Of a stretch of DNA of 64,000 nt, positions 63,147 through 64,000 are shown piece by piece. The position numbers were made by a program, and so were the translations under genes. Origin of the DNA: Octopus sinensis (taxonomy: Eukaryota); NCBI RefSeq assembly GCF_006345805.1, contig NC_043002.1, forward strand, positions 82,460,001 through 82,524,000, written 5' to 3'. The notes beneath the pieces are model-generated. The model saw only the letters and a program-made list of their open reading frames with translations, had not been told where the DNA came from and did no database searches. The number at the start of each line of letters is the position of its first letter. Within the stretch, counting starts at the first letter, position 1.

Positions 63147-64000
63147 GTAGGCACAGGAGTGGCTGTGTGGTAAGTTGCTTGCTTTCCAACCACATGGTTC
63201 TGGGTTTGTTCCTACTGCATGGCACCTTGGGCAAGTGTATTCTACTATAGCCTCGGGCCGACCAAAGTCTTGTGAGTGGATTAGGTAGACAGAATCTGAA
63301 AGAAGCCTGTTGTATATATGTATATATATATATGTATGTGCGTGTTTATGTTTGACCACCAACATTGCTTGACAACCGATGGTGGTGTGTTTATGTCCGT
63401 GTAACTTAGAGGTTTGGCAAAAGAGACCGATAGAACAAGTACTAGGCTTACAAAGAATGAGTTCTGGGTTCGATTTGCTCGACTAAAGGCAGTGCTCCAG
63501 CATGTTTGCAGTCAAATGACTGAAACATGTAGAAGAGAGTGTGTATATATATACATATATTTCTTTACTACCCGCAAAGGGCTAAACACAGAGGGGACAA
63601 ACAAGGACAGACAAACGGATATGTATACATATATATGTGTATATATATATGTAGTGGACTGGATGTGATGTGCCATATCAATCAATATGAAATAGCCCAC
63701 AACTAAATGTAGTGTACATATATAACACTTCAAGGTTCTGACATCAAAGTAACCAGTGAACATGGAAGAATTAACACCAAGAAGTGTTATTTACATATAT
63801 CTATTTGTTTACCTGAGGCATAAGAGAAACAGATAGAAAATTCTCTGTTATATAGGCTATGTTTAGTAATGTAGGTCAAACCTTAAACAAAGGTCTGACC
63901 TTTCCTTGACCAGTACAGGTCCTAGGGTGTGGAGTGTTTCCTCATCAATCAACTAGTGTTGTGGATTTGACAAGCAACAAGCCAGTGGATTTGGTTTCAA

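Overview
Eukaryotic, AT-rich, repeat-dense DNA holding a tandem cluster of eight C2H2 zinc-finger genes, labelled here ZNF-a to ZNF-h (orientation + + - + - - - +; about 112 finger repeats in total). The proteins are finger-only: a leader of about 18-28 aa, then 8-21 TGEKPY-linked fingers, with no KRAB, SCAN or BTB domain visible. The clustered finger-only ZNFs, the tRNA-SINEs and the RTE LINE with a (GAT)n tail suggest an octopus or other coleoid cephalopod (inference, not database-confirmed). Each gene appears to have one coding exon behind a conserved splice acceptor, fed by one of two reusable non-coding first-exon/promoter cassettes (type A or type B). The strongest novel signal is at 54050-55409. 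A 1.35 kb bidirectional promoter carrying both cassettes has been inverted between two MITE ends, with an exact 9-bp target duplication in inverted orientation. Comparison with the paralogous loci indicates this swapped the first exons of ZNF-g and ZNF-h. Other signals: start codons born from decayed fingers, a palindrome with two minimal hammerhead ribozymes, a CTCF/YY1-like motif in every type-A cassette, and nested MITEs and SINEs with readable TSDs. Exon structures are predicted from sequence only, and all alignments were done by eye.
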